Assembly: GCA_963753435.1 (NCBI GenBank)
Contig: CAVWCF010000001.1
Location: 800,001-864,000 of the forward strand
DNA: 64,000 nucleotides
Direction of reading: 5' to 3'
Source of the DNA: an uncultured Actinomycetota bacterium
GTDB taxonomy: Bacteria; Actinomycetota; Actinomycetes; CAVWCF01
Part shown: in pieces, positions 1 through 9,499 of the stretch
Numbering within the stretch: the first letter of the stretch is position 1
How the letters are laid out: every line of letters begins with the position of its first letter
The notes under the pieces: model-generated
What the model saw: the letters and a program-made list of their open reading frames with translations, nothing else
What the model was told of the DNA's origin: nothing
Database searches by the model: none
Translations under genes and position numbers: made by a program

Positions 1-1
1 G

Positions 2-1813
2 GCCCACCCCGATGACGAGCGCTACCAACCGCTGTTCGGCAAAACCGTGCGCACCCCGCTGTTCGACGTCGAAGTGCCGGTCCTGCCGCACACGATCGCC
101 GACCCGGACAAGGGCACGGGGATCGCGATGATCTGCACGTTCGGCGACCTGACCGACGTGATCTGGTGGCGGGAACTGCAGTTGCCCACGCGGGCGGTCA
201 TCGGTTGGGACGGCCGCTTCGTCGCCGATGTCCCGTCCGGGCTCGAAGGCGAGCAAGCGCGTACGGCCTACGCGCGCCTAGCCGGTTCCACCGTCTTCAC
301 CGCGCAGCAGACGATCGTTGAGATGCTGCGCGGTTCCGGCGAACTGCTGGCCGAACCACGCCCCATCACGCACCCGGTGAAGTTCTTCGAAAAGGGCGAC
401 AAACCGCTGGAGATCGTCACCACCCGCCAGTGGTACATCCGTAACGGCGGGCGCGATGAGCTGCTGCGCGACCAACTGCTGGACCGGGGTGCGCAACTGC
501 ACTGGCACCCGACCAACATGCAGGTCCGGTATCGCAACTGGGTGGAGGGGCTTAACGGCGACTGGCTGATCAGCCGGCAGCGCTTCTTCGGCGTCCCGCT
601 GCCGCTTTGGTACCGCCTGGACGCCAACGGCGAGCCCGACTACGACAACCCGATCGTCCCCGCCGAATCCAGCCTGCCGATCGACCCGTCCTCGGACTCC
701 CCACCCGGTTTCACCGAGGATCAGCGCGGCGTCGCGGGTGGGTTCATGGGTGACCCCGACGTCATGGACACCTGGGCTACCTCGTCGCTGAGCCCACAGA
801 TCGCCGGCGGCTGGGAACGCGACACCGACCTGTTCGAACGTGTCTTCCCGATGGACCTGCGGCCCCAGGCGCACGAAATCATCCGCACCTGGTTGTTCTC
901 CTCCGTAGTCCGGGCCAACAGCGAGCACGACTCCCTGCCCTGGACGGACGCGGCGATCAGCGGCTGGATCCTCGACCCGGACCGCAAGAAGATGAGCAAG
1001 TCCAAGGGCAACGTCGTCACGCCGATGGACCTGCTCGACAAACACGGCTCCGATGCCGTCCGCTACTGGGCCGCCATGGGTCGGCCCGGCACGGACACCG
1101 CCTTCGACGAAGGTCAGATGAAGATCGGCCGGCGCCTGGCGATCAAGGTGCTGAACGCCAGCAAGTTCGTCTTGGGTGTGGGTGTAACCGCGGACTCGGC
1201 GGACCCGGCGCTGGTCACCGAGCCGCTGGACCGGGCGACACTGGCCCGGCTCGCGGAGGTGGTCACGACCGCTACCGCAGCGTTCGACGACTACCACTAC
1301 ACCCGCGCCCTCGAGGCGGCCGAATCGTTCTTCTGGTCCTTCACCGACGACTACGTCGAGCTCGTGAAAGAGCGGGCCTACGGCGGTCGCGGGGAGGCCG
1401 CGCAAAAGTCAGCACAGGCAACGCTGGCGCTGGCCCTGACGGCTCAGTTGCGCTTGCTGGCGCCCTTCCTGCCGTTCGTCACCGAGGAGGTGTGGTCCTG
1501 GTGGCAGGACGGGTCGGTTCACGCTGCCGCCTGGCCAACGGTCGCGGAGTTCGCGGAGGCCATGGATGAAGCCGACGCGAAGACGGTCGACGCCGTGGCA
1601 TCGGTGCTCGCGGAACTCCGCAAGGTGAAATCAGAGGCGAAGGTCTCGATGCGCGCGGAACTGACTGGCGTGACCGTGACCGGGCCCGCGGACGCATTGG
1701 CGGCGGCCGAAACCGTCATGGGCGACCTGGTTGCGGCCGGCCGCGTGGTGGCCGGACTGACGTTTAGGCCAGCAGATTCGCCGATCTCGGTCACGGCCCA
1801 GGTCGTGTCGTAG
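2..1813 (+). CDS. valS: Valine--tRNA ligase, 5'-truncated by window edge (type 2-like, no C-terminal coiled-coil arm)
   Basis: Frame open from base 2 (AHPDDERY); motifs [34 protein letters not shown] and an anticodon-binding helical domain. Confidence 0.96.
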   Translation, partial: AHPDDERYQPLFGKTVRTPLFDVEVPVLPHTIADPDKGTGIAMICTFGDLTDVIWWRELQLPTRAVIGWDGRFVADVPSGLEGEQARTAYARLAGSTVFTAQQTIVEMLRGSGELLAEPRPITHPVKFFEKGDKPLEIVTTRQWYIRNGGRDELLRDQLLDRGAQLHWHPTNMQVRYRNWVEGLNGDWLISRQRFFGVPLPLWYRLDANGEPDYDNPIVPAESSLPIDPSSDSPPGFTEDQRGVAGGFMGDPDVMDTWATSSLSPQIAGGWERDTDLFERVFPMDLRPQAHEIIRTWLFSSVVRANSEHDSLPWTDAAISGWILDPDRKKMSKSKGNVVTPMDLLDKHGSDAVRYWAAMGRPGTDTAFDEGQMKIGRRLAIKVLNASKFVLGVGVTADSADPALVTEPLDRATLARLAEVVTTATAAFDDYHYTRALEAAESFFWSFTDDYVELVKERAYGGRGEAAQKSAQATLALALTAQLRLLAPFLPFVTEEVWSWWQDGSVHAAAWPTVAEFAEAMDEADAKTVDAVASVLAELRKVKSEAKVSMRAELTGVTVTGPADALAAAETVMGDLVAAGRVVAGLTFRPADSPISVTAQVVS

Positions 1814-1842
1814 GGATCGGTTGGAGCGCGATCGCCTGAGGG

Positions 1843-3123
1843 TCAGGCGGACTTCTCGCGCGGCGCCCGCTTGGAGCGCTTGGCCGTACGCGGCACCAGC
1901 GTCGGGTTGACGCTCTTCTGCACGACGTCCGGCGTGATGACCACTCGGGCCACGTCGTCCCGGCTGGGCACGTCGTACATGACGCTCAGCAGCACTTCTT
2001 CCATGATGGCGCGTAGGCCTCGGGCACCGGTGCCGCGGAGGATCGCCTGGTCGGCGATGGCCTCCAGGGACTCCGTGGTGAACTCCAGCTCAACGCCGTC
2101 GAGGTCGAACAGACGCTCGTACTGGCGCACCAGCGCGTTGCGCGGCTCGGTGAGGATCTTGATCAGCGCCTCGCGGTCCAGGTTGCTCACGCTGGTCAGC
2201 ACCGGCAGCCGGCCGATGAACTCGGGGATCATCCCGAACCGCAGCAGGTCCTCGGGCATCACATCGCCAAGCGAATCGCCGGCATCCTCATCACCGGCGG
2301 CGTGCAGCGGGGACCCGAAGCCGATCCCCTTGCGCCCGGCGCGCTGCTGGATGATCTCCTCAAGCCCGGCGAACGCACCACCAACAATGAAGAGGACGTT
2401 GGTGGTGTCGATCTGGATGAACTCCTGGTGCGGGTGCTTGCGCCCACCCTGTGGCGGAACCGACGCGGTCGTGCCTTCGATGATCTTCAGCAGCGCCTGC
2501 TGCACGCCCTCGCCGGACACATCCCTGGTGATCGACGGGTTCTCGCTCTTGCGCGCGATCTTGTCGACCTCGTCGATGTAGATGATCCCGGTCTCGGCCT
2601 TCTTGACGTCGTAGTCGGCGGCCTGGATCAGTTTGAGCAGGATGTTCTCAACGTCTTCACCTACGTAGCCGGCTTCCGTGAGTGCGGTCGCGTCGGCGAT
2701 GGCGAACGGGACGTTCAGCATGCGCGCCAGCGTCTGCGCCAGCAGCGTCTTGCCGCACCCGGTCGGGCCGAGCAGCAGGATGTTGGACTTGGCCAGTTCG
2801 ACCTGTTCGTCTTTGTGCCGGCCTTCGGCCCCGGCCTGAATGCGCTTGTAGTGGTTGTACACGGCCACGCTGAGCGACTTCTTGGCCGGCTCCTGCCCGA
2901 CGACGTACTCGTCGAGGAACTCGTAGATCTCCTTCGGCTTGGGCAGTTCGCCGAACGGGGTCTCGGTGGCCTCCGACAACTCCTCTTCGATGATCTCGTT
3001 GCAGAGGTCGATGCACTCGTCGCAGATGTAGACGCCGGGTCCGGCGATGAGCTTCTTGACCTGCTTCTGGCTCTTACCGCAGAAGGAGCACTTCAGCAGA
3101 TCGCCGTCGCCTATCCGCGCCAC
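1843..3123 (-). CDS. clpX: ATP-dependent Clp protease ATP-binding subunit ClpX
   Basis: C4 zinc finger CSFC...ICDEC, Walker A GPTGCGKT, Walker B IYIDE, RKH and IGF loops. Confidence 0.99.
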   Translation of the reverse strand: MARIGDGDLLKCSFCGKSQKQVKKLIAGPGVYICDECIDLCNEIIEEELSEATETPFGELPKPKEIYEFLDEYVVGQEPAKKSLSVAVYNHYKRIQAGAEGRHKDEQVELAKSNILLLGPTGCGKTLLAQTLARMLNVPFAIADATALTEAGYVGEDVENILLKLIQAADYDVKKAETGIIYIDEVDKIARKSENPSITRDVSGEGVQQALLKIIEGTTASVPPQGGRKHPHQEFIQIDTTNVLFIVGGAFAGLEEIIQQRAGRKGIGFGSPLHAAGDEDAGDSLGDVMPEDLLRFGMIPEFIGRLPVLTSVSNLDREALIKILTEPRNALVRQYERLFDLDGVELEFTTESLEAIADQAILRGTGARGLRAIMEEVLLSVMYDVPSRDDVARVVITPDVVQKSVNPTLVPRTAKRSKRAPREKSA

Positions 3124-3265
3124 AGCGCTACCCCTCCCGATCGGTGAACCGGACCGGGCAACCGTACCCCGCAGGCTCTAACTTGGCTCGGTCATCGCGA
3201 GCGCGCCACGCCGGAATGCGTGCGCCGAGGGCGAACGCTCCTCGACCCGATCGGCGTAGTGGCCC

Positions 3266-3892
3266 TCAGGAGGCCTTGGCCGCTGAAGGCGAGCCCTTGC
3301 GCGAGTTGACCACGCGGTCGACCAGGCCGTACTCGACGGCTTCTTCTGCGGTCAGGATCTTGTCCCGCTCGATGTCGGTCGCCACCTGCTCAATGGTGCG
3401 CCCGGTGTGCCGGGCCAGCATTTCTTCCAGCAGGGCGCGCATGCGCAGGATCTCGTTCGCCTGGATTTCGATGTCGCTGCCCTGGCCACCGCCCTCGGAG
3501 TAGGGCTGGTGGATCAGGATGCGCGCGTTCGGTAGCGCGAGCCGCTTGCCCGGCGTGCCGGCCGCCAGCAGCACCGCCGCCGCAGACGCCGCCTGCCCCA
3601 TGCAGATGGTCTGGACGTCCGGCTTGACGAACATCAACGTGTCGTAGATCGCGGTCAGCGCCGTGAACGAGCCGCCCGGGGAGTTGATGTACACCGAGAT
3701 GTCCCGGTCTGGGTCCATGGACTCCAGAGTCAGCAACTGCGCCATAACGTCGTTGGCCGAAGTGTCGTCGATGGGGGCGCCGAGGAAGATGATGCGCTCC
3801 TCGAACAACTTCGTGTACGGGTCGAGCTTCTTGAAGCCGTAACTGGTGCGCTCCTCGAAGGCCGGCAGCACGTAGCGGGCCGTCGGTTCCAT
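3266..3892 (-). CDS. clpP2: Clp protease proteolytic subunit 2
   Basis: [34 protein letters not shown]; ATG at 3892 follows an AGGAGG RBS (alternative ATG at 3913 overlaps the clpP1 stop). Confidence 0.97.
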   Translation of the reverse strand: MEPTARYVLPAFEERTSYGFKKLDPYTKLFEERIIFLGAPIDDTSANDVMAQLLTLESMDPDRDISVYINSPGGSFTALTAIYDTLMFVKPDVQTICMGQAASAAAVLLAAGTPGKRLALPNARILIHQPYSEGGGQGSDIEIQANEILRMRALLEEMLARHTGRTIEQVATDIERDKILTAEEAVEYGLVDRVVNSRKGSPSAAKAS

Positions 3893-3909
3893 GCTGCGTC
3901 CTCCTGCGT

Positions 3910-4527
3910 TCATTCCGCACCCCCAACGGGCCCGGCGTGACTGACGACGTGATCGACGATGCCGTATTCCTTGGCCTGGTCCGCGGTGAACCACTTGTCC
4001 CGGTCGGAGTCCTTCTCGATGGTTTCCACCGACTGCCCGGTGTGCCCGGCGATCAGTTCCGCCATCTGCCGCTTGATGTAGATCATCTGCTCCGCCTGGA
4101 TCTTGATGTCGCTGGCGGTTCCGCCGATGCCACCGAGTGGCTGGTGCATCATCACGCGCGTGCGCGGAGTGGCGTGGCGCTTGCCGGCCGCACCGGCGCA
4201 CAGCAGGAACTGACCCATGGAAGCCGCCAAGCCGATTCCGTAGGTGGCGACGTCGTTGGGGATGAGCTGCATGGTGTCGTAGATCGCCATGCCTGCGGTG
4301 ATCGAGCCGCCAGGAGAGTTGATGTACAAGGACACGTCCTTGTCGGGGTCCTCCGCAGCGAGCAGCAACAACTGCGCCGAGATGGCGTTGGCCATCTCAT
4401 CGCGTACCTCGCCCTGCAGGAACACGATGCGCTCGCGCAACAACCGCTGGTAGACCGAATCATCCAGCGACATGCCGGACGAGCCATTGGACCGGGCCTG
4501 GCCCGGAACCAGTTCGGAGGTGCTCAC
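3910..4527 (-). CDS. clpP1: Clp protease proteolytic subunit 1
   Basis: [34 protein letters not shown]; GTG at 4527 follows AAGGGAG. Confidence 0.97.
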   Translation of the reverse strand: MSTSELVPGQARSNGSSGMSLDDSVYQRLLRERIVFLQGEVRDEMANAISAQLLLLAAEDPDKDVSLYINSPGGSITAGMAIYDTMQLIPNDVATYGIGLAASMGQFLLCAGAAGKRHATPRTRVMMHQPLGGIGGTASDIKIQAEQMIYIKRQMAELIAGHTGQSVETIEKDSDRDKWFTADQAKEYGIVDHVVSHAGPVGGAE

Positions 4528-4686
4528 GCGGGACTCCCTTGCTAGTGCGTTTTCGCCAGTGCGTTGGTTCGACAACCCCGTTGCCGCCGAACTTGGCGCC
4601 GCGGCGCTGTGGTGACATGGACCCTAACGCCGCAGGCTGCGCTCGCACTCCCGGCGCCGCGCGTGTTCGCTACCGGGCGAAACGGC

Positions 4687-6045
4687 CTACTGCTCGGTCT
4701 CTGCGCCGTCGGCGGCGTCGGCGGCGTCATCCGGCAAAGCCGCCGCTTCCGCCTCCGCGCCGGGCACGGGCTCAACCGGGGCGTTCAGCTTGCTCAGGTC
4801 GACGGCGTTGCCCGACGCGTCGGTGATCACGGCCGTCTCCAGAACCAGCGCCAAGGCCTTGCCCCGCACGACGTCCGCCAGCATTCCGGGGGCCTGGCCC
4901 GCGCTCATGACCTCACGCGCGAACACCTCCGGCGGCACGCCATAGCGGGCGGCCTGCTGAACCAGGTACTGCGTCAACTCCGCCTCGCTTGCGGACAACT
5001 CCTCCTTGGCCGCGACCGCGTCCAGGACGAACTGCCGGCGCAACGACTGACGCAACTCGTCGGCGATTTCCTCACCGTGCGGGTCGTCGGCCTCCTTGCC
5101 TTCACCCTCGAGGTGCTCGGCAACCTGCTGAGCGACGAACTCCTCCGGGATCGGGACCTCGACCAGCCCAAGCAGCGCCTCCAGCGCCCGGTCGCGCGCC
5201 TGCATGCCTTGTTCCAGCAGCCGGTAGCGACCCAGTTGCTCGGCCAGCGCTTCACGCAATTCCGCCACCGTGTCGAACTCACTGGCCAACTGGGCGAAGT
5301 CGTCATCCAGGTCGGGCAGCAACCGCTCGTTGACGGCGGTCACGGTCGCGGTCACCTGCGCCTCGGATCCGGCGTGCTCACCGAACTGGATCGGCGCCGC
5401 CACTGTCACCGACTCCCCTGCGGACAACCCCACCAACGCCTCGTCGAGCCCGGGCACGCCAATTGAGTCCGAGCCCACCTCGTAGGACTGCCCGGAACCG
5501 CTGGCCTCCGGCAACGGTTGGCCGTCGACCTCGGCCAGCAGGTCCAGGGTGACGAAGTCGCCGGTCGCCACCTCCCGGTCAACCGGGTTCAGGGAGCCAA
5601 AACGCTTCCGCAGCCCGTCGATCTCCTCATCGACATCGGCTTCGGTGACCTCGGAGTCCTCCACGTTCACGGCCAGGCCGCGGTGGTCGGGCAGATCCAG
5701 GTCCGGCTGGACCGACCACTCCACGGTGAACGTCAGCGCCTCGCCGTCAGTGAACTCGCTGACGTCCAAGTCGGGGCGGCCGATCGCCTTGATGTCGTTC
5801 TCCGCCAGGATCGACTGCAGGAACTGCGGCAGCGCCGCATTCAGCGCCTCGTCCAGCACGACCTGGCGTCCGAAGCGCTGGTCGATGAGGGAGGAAGGGA
5901 TCTTCCCCTTGCGGAAGCCGGGGATGTTCACCTGAGCGGCGATGGACCGGTACGCGGCATCCAGGCTCGGCTTGATGTCCTCGAAAGGCACCTCGGCCGT
6001 GACCTTGACTCGGGTGGGATTGAGATTCTCCAGGGCGCTCTTCAC
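4687..6045 (-). CDS. tig: Trigger factor
   Basis: N-terminal IPGFRKGK ribosome-binding signature, FKBP-like centre, canonical position upstream of clpP. Confidence 0.97.
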   Translation of the reverse strand: MKSALENLNPTRVKVTAEVPFEDIKPSLDAAYRSIAAQVNIPGFRKGKIPSSLIDQRFGRQVVLDEALNAALPQFLQSILAENDIKAIGRPDLDVSEFTDGEALTFTVEWSVQPDLDLPDHRGLAVNVEDSEVTEADVDEEIDGLRKRFGSLNPVDREVATGDFVTLDLLAEVDGQPLPEASGSGQSYEVGSDSIGVPGLDEALVGLSAGESVTVAAPIQFGEHAGSEAQVTATVTAVNERLLPDLDDDFAQLASEFDTVAELREALAEQLGRYRLLEQGMQARDRALEALLGLVEVPIPEEFVAQQVAEHLEGEGKEADDPHGEEIADELRQSLRRQFVLDAVAAKEELSASEAELTQYLVQQAARYGVPPEVFAREVMSAGQAPGMLADVVRGKALALVLETAVITDASGNAVDLSKLNAPVEPVPGAEAEAAALPDDAADAADGAETEQ

Positions 6046-6072
6046 CGGACATCCTTGTCTGTCGTGATCGAG

Positions 6073-6145
6073 TCGGGGCGGGGAGAGTCGAACTCCCGAT
6101 CTCCTGCCCCCAAAGCAGGCGCGCTAGCCACTACGCCACGCCCCG
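6073..6145 (-). tRNA. tRNA-Pro (TGG)
   Basis: CGGGGCG acceptor stem, anticodon arm CCTGC-TTTGGGG-GCAGG, TTCGA T-loop; no encoded CCA. Confidence 0.95.
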
Positions 6146-6197
6146 TGCGGGCGCACGTATCCTAGGCGACGCTCCGGGCAGCCCAAGTCGCCCGTGT

Positions 6198-6272
6198 GCG
6201 GGTGTAGCTCAATGGCTAGAGCCCCAGCCTTCCAAGCTGGATATGCGGGTTCGATTCCCGTCACCCGCTCCA
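6198..6272 (+). tRNA. tRNA-Gly (TCC)
   Basis: GCGGGTG acceptor stem, anticodon arm CCAGC-CTTCCAA-GCTGG, GTTCGATTC T-loop, CCA end. Confidence 0.97.
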
Positions 6273-6334
6273 CGCTCCGCTGGTTCGCCCCGAATGGCAG
6301 TCTTCGGGCATGCCTGTCCGCTCCGGAGTCCAAC

Positions 6335-7135
6335 GTGCCCGCTGATCTGGGGACTCCCGAGTTCGACCTTTCCGGCCGCGTGGCGCTGGTCAGCGGAGCG
6401 GGTGCCGCCGACGGCATCGGTATGGCGACCGCGGACCTGCTCGGCCGGATGGGCGCCGCCCTGATCATCGCCTCGACCACCGACCGGATCCAGTCCCGCG
6501 CCGAGGAGCTGCGCGCCGTCGGGATCGACGCCATTGGCGTCGCCGGTGACCTGACCGACCAGGCCGCTGCCGGAGCGCTCGTCGGCGCGGCCGTTCAGCG
6601 GCACGGTCGGCTCGACGTCGTTGTGAACAACGCCGGGATGACGTCGATCGGCGATCCGATGGACGACCGCGGCCTGCTGGAACTCGACCTGGACCGTTGG
6701 CGGCACGAGTTGTCGCGCAACCTCGACCCCTGCTTCACCGTTACCCGGGCGGCCATGCCGCAGTTGCTGTCCAACGGCTGGGGCCGGGTGGTCAACGTCG
6801 CTTCCGTCACCGGACCCTTCATGGCCATGCGCCAAGCCCCCGCGTACGCGGCCGCCAAAGCCGCGATGGTCGGCCTGACCCGGGCGTTGGCGGTCGACCA
6901 CGCCGGGGCCGGCGTCACTGTCAACGCCGTCGCCCCGGGCTGGATCGCAACCGGGTCGCAGACTCCCGAGGAAGCGGTCGAAGGAACGCTGGTCCCGATC
7001 GGCCGCTCGGCCCAACCGGCAGAGGTGGCCGCGGTGATCGGCTTTCTCTGCTCCCCCGGTGCCTCCTACGTGAGCGGTCAGGTGTTGGCAATCGACGGCG
7101 CGAACACCGTCGGCGAGGAACGCCGACCCGTCTAG
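6335..7135 (+). CDS. SDR family NAD(P)-dependent oxidoreductase (FabG-like)
   Basis: SGAGAADGIG glycine-rich loop, NNAG, YAAAK catalytic motif, VNAVAPG; GTG at 6335 after GGAG (the ORF-track start lies inside tRNA-Gly). Confidence 0.9.
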   Translation: MPADLGTPEFDLSGRVALVSGAGAADGIGMATADLLGRMGAALIIASTTDRIQSRAEELRAVGIDAIGVAGDLTDQAAAGALVGAAVQRHGRLDVVVNNAGMTSIGDPMDDRGLLELDLDRWRHELSRNLDPCFTVTRAAMPQLLSNGWGRVVNVASVTGPFMAMRQAPAYAAAKAAMVGLTRALAVDHAGAGVTVNAVAPGWIATGSQTPEEAVEGTLVPIGRSAQPAEVAAVIGFLCSPGASYVSGQVLAIDGANTVGEERRPV

Positions 7136-7174
7136 GCCTCCGCGATCAGCCGGACCGACCAGGAACGCCCTAGG

Positions 7175-7700
7175 TCAAAGGCGGCGGTGCAGGACCAGTA
7201 GGTCGGCGTACGTGCCGTCCGGCCGGCGGAAGCCGTCGGGCACCCGGCCGATCTCGGCGAATCCCAGGGAACTCCAGAGTCCAACCGCGCGGGTTATCGG
7301 CCACGACCGCGTTGAACTGCATGGCCAGGTAGCCCAGTTCGCCGGCGCGACTCAGGATGCGCTCGGCGAGTGCCCGACCGATGCCCTGACCGGCGGCGGT
7401 CGGGTCGACCATGAAGGCCGCGTGCGCCACATGGCTGCCCTGGCCGGGTTGATTGGGCTTCAACACCGCCGACCCGACGACGCTCCCCGCAGATTCGGCC
7501 ACCCATACTTCGGCCGGCGGCGGGAGCATCCACAAGTCACGGGCTTGCGGCTCATCGGTTTGCGGCGCCCACGTGTACGTGCTTGCAGCGGCCACGATCT
7601 TGTGCCAGAACGGCCAGATCTCCGCCCAGTCCTGGGGGATCGCCGGACGCAGAACCAACCCTTCGCCCTGAGCGCCCGCGACATCTCCGGCTGGACTCAA
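7175..7700 (-). pseudogene. GNAT family N-acetyltransferase with a 1-nt frameshift (pseudogene or sequencing error)
   Basis: Motif A GQGIGRAL and MQFNAVVADNP in one frame; the expected C-terminus [37 protein letters not shown] continues in another frame after AAC-CCG-C-GCG (~7290). Confidence 0.82.
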
Positions 7701-7807
7701 AGTCGGCTCCCATTCGGTAGGGGCTGCGGATCCCGCAACCTACTGCGGCAGTCGCAGTCGGCTGATCATCGTCCGGATCCATCAACGGATCCGCGCCCGG
7801 CAAACGC

Positions 7808-7841
7808 CGAAGCGGGAGGGCCCGTGGGCCCTCCCGCTTCG
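7808..7841 (-). terminator. Intrinsic terminator-like hairpin downstream of the fasciclin gene
   Basis: Perfect inverted repeat CGAAGCGGGAGGGCCC-GT-GGGCCCTCCCGCTTCG 12 nt after the stop. Confidence 0.8.
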
Positions 7842-7853
7842 ACTAGGGGTTTG

Positions 7854-8411
7854 TCAGCTGACCAGCGTGGCCGGGTCCACGTCCGGCGGGATCAGCACCG
7901 CGTCGATGCCGTGGATGACGCCGTTGGACGCCTCGATGTCCGGGGCGACGACGGTCGCACCGTTGACCTGCACACCGTCGGCGGTGCTCAACGTCACCGT
8001 CTGGCCCTCAACGGTGGCGACGTCTCCGTCGGTCACCTGGTCAGAGGTCACCGCGCCGGGCACGACGTGGTAGGTGAGGATCTTCACCAAGACCGCCTGG
8101 TTCTCCGGCAGCAGTAGCGCGTCCAGGACGCCGGCAGGCAATGCGTCAAACGCGGCATTGTCCGGCGCGAATACGGTGAACGGACCGTCGCCGTTCAGAG
8201 TGTCAACCAGGCCCGCAGCCTCAATGGCGGCGACCAGGGTGGAGTAGTCCTCCGCACCGGACGCAACCTCGACGATGGTGCCGGCGTCAGTTGCCGGGGC
8301 CTCGGCGGTGGGGCTGGGGCTGCTCGCAGCGTCGTCGTCACTGTCGCTGGAACATCCGGTAAGTACCAGGCCGGCAGCGACAGCTGCCACGCCCAACAGT
8401 CGCATTCTCAT
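7854..8411 (-). CDS. Fasciclin (FAS1) domain lipoprotein, MPT70/MPT83-like
   Basis: Lipobox LTGC; FAS1 H1 motif GPFTVFAPDNAAF, LTYHVV, H2 motif ASNGVIHGIDAVLIP; AAGGAG RBS. Confidence 0.93.
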   Translation of the reverse strand: MRMRLLGVAAVAAGLVLTGCSSDSDDDAASSPSPTAEAPATDAGTIVEVASGAEDYSTLVAAIEAAGLVDTLNGDGPFTVFAPDNAAFDALPAGVLDALLLPENQAVLVKILTYHVVPGAVTSDQVTDGDVATVEGQTVTLSTADGVQVNGATVVAPDIEASNGVIHGIDAVLIPPDVDPATLVS

Positions 8412-8566
8412 GGTGGCTCCTTAAGAAGTCCTCCGCGGCGATCGCGGTCATTGGGTCTTTCCCCCATGGCACCGCGTTTGGATGCACCCCGATGCAAATT
8501 GCTTGGCCGCTGATTGTTCGGCCCGCCCGGGATGCGGTCTCGGTCCCGATACGGCACAGTGGTTTC

Positions 8567-9499
8567 ATGTTCAAGAACTTCTGGTACGCCGTTGAGTTCT
8601 CCAAGGTCGTCAAGCCCGCCGGGAAGCCCGTCCCGGTCAGGTGCCTTGCGCAGGACTTCTCCCTGGCGCGCCTGCCCAGCGGTCAGGTACTCGCGTGGAA
8701 CGTGGACCGTCCCGCCAACGAGTTGCTGCCCGTCACGGAGAAGTACGGCTTCGTTTGGATCTTCCTCGGCGACCCGGACTTCCCGGTCGACCAGCGGCCG
8801 CCGATCCCGGATTGGCCGGAATGGGACGACCCCGCCTTCGCCGGCCACAACGTGACCGGCGAGTGGCTCTGGAACGCCGGCGTGGAACGAATCGTGGAGA
8901 ACGGCGTTGACGTCGCCCACACGCCGTTCGTGCACGCGGGTCAGTTCGGCAACCCGAAGCGACCAGAAGTTCCCGAGTACGAGGTCATCACCACCGACTG
9001 GAGCGGCGAACTGACTGTCGCGCTGCACCCGCCTGCGCCCAAGGGTGTCTTCTCCGTGGTCAGCAAGCGCGGCGATCTGGACAACCGTCCGCCAGTGGTC
9101 ACGAGCACCGCTTGGTTCCTACCCAACCTGATTCGGTTGAAGGTGCGACTGCCCTTCGGTGAGTTGTGCCTTTACGACACCAACATCCCGATCGACAAGA
9201 CGACGACCCTCACCAAGTTCGTCTCGCTGCGTTCCTTCTTCACCGGCAAGTGGGCCGACCGGGATGCGTTGCGGCGCGTCTACCCGATCTTCAAGAGCGA
9301 TGCCGCGGTGGTCGAGGCGCAGCGACCAGAACTCCTGCCGTTCGACCTTTCGGCGGAGTTGCACGTTCGTTCCGACCGCATGGCCATCAGCTACCGCAAA
9401 CGGCGGCAGGAACTCCTTGAGGCCGGCTGGGGACACGCGGACACCGACCGCTACCTGGGGTCGACCTTGGCGCTGGAGGCGGCAGACTCCGTGGCATGA
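8567..9499 (+). CDS. Rieske oxygenase alpha-subunit homologue (VanA/PaO/CAO-like) lacking the Rieske [2Fe-2S] ligand motifs
   Basis: N-terminal KNFWYAV and PVTEKYGFVWIFLG flank the Rieske domain but CxH and CxxH are absent; mononuclear Fe motif ENGVDVAHTPFVH, distal IFKSDAAVVEAQ and ELHVRSDRMAISYR are retained. Confidence 0.85.
   Translation: MFKNFWYAVEFSKVVKPAGKPVPVRCLAQDFSLARLPSGQVLAWNVDRPANELLPVTEKYGFVWIFLGDPDFPVDQRPPIPDWPEWDDPAFAGHNVTGEWLWNAGVERIVENGVDVAHTPFVHAGQFGNPKRPEVPEYEVITTDWSGELTVALHPPAPKGVFSVVSKRGDLDNRPPVVTSTAWFLPNLIRLKVRLPFGELCLYDTNIPIDKTTTLTKFVSLRSFFTGKWADRDALRRVYPIFKSDAAVVEAQRPELLPFDLSAELHVRSDRMAISYRKRRQELLEAGWGHADTDRYLGSTLALEAADSVA

Noticed and set aside
6194-6334. N-terminal extension of the SDR ORF
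   Set aside because: It runs through tRNA-Gly; GTG 6335 has an RBS.
7701-7800. Short hairpins (GTAGG...CCTAC; GGATCC-N6-GGATCC) upstream of the GNAT gene
   Set aside because: Weak stems expected by chance at this GC content; no known RNA motif recognised.
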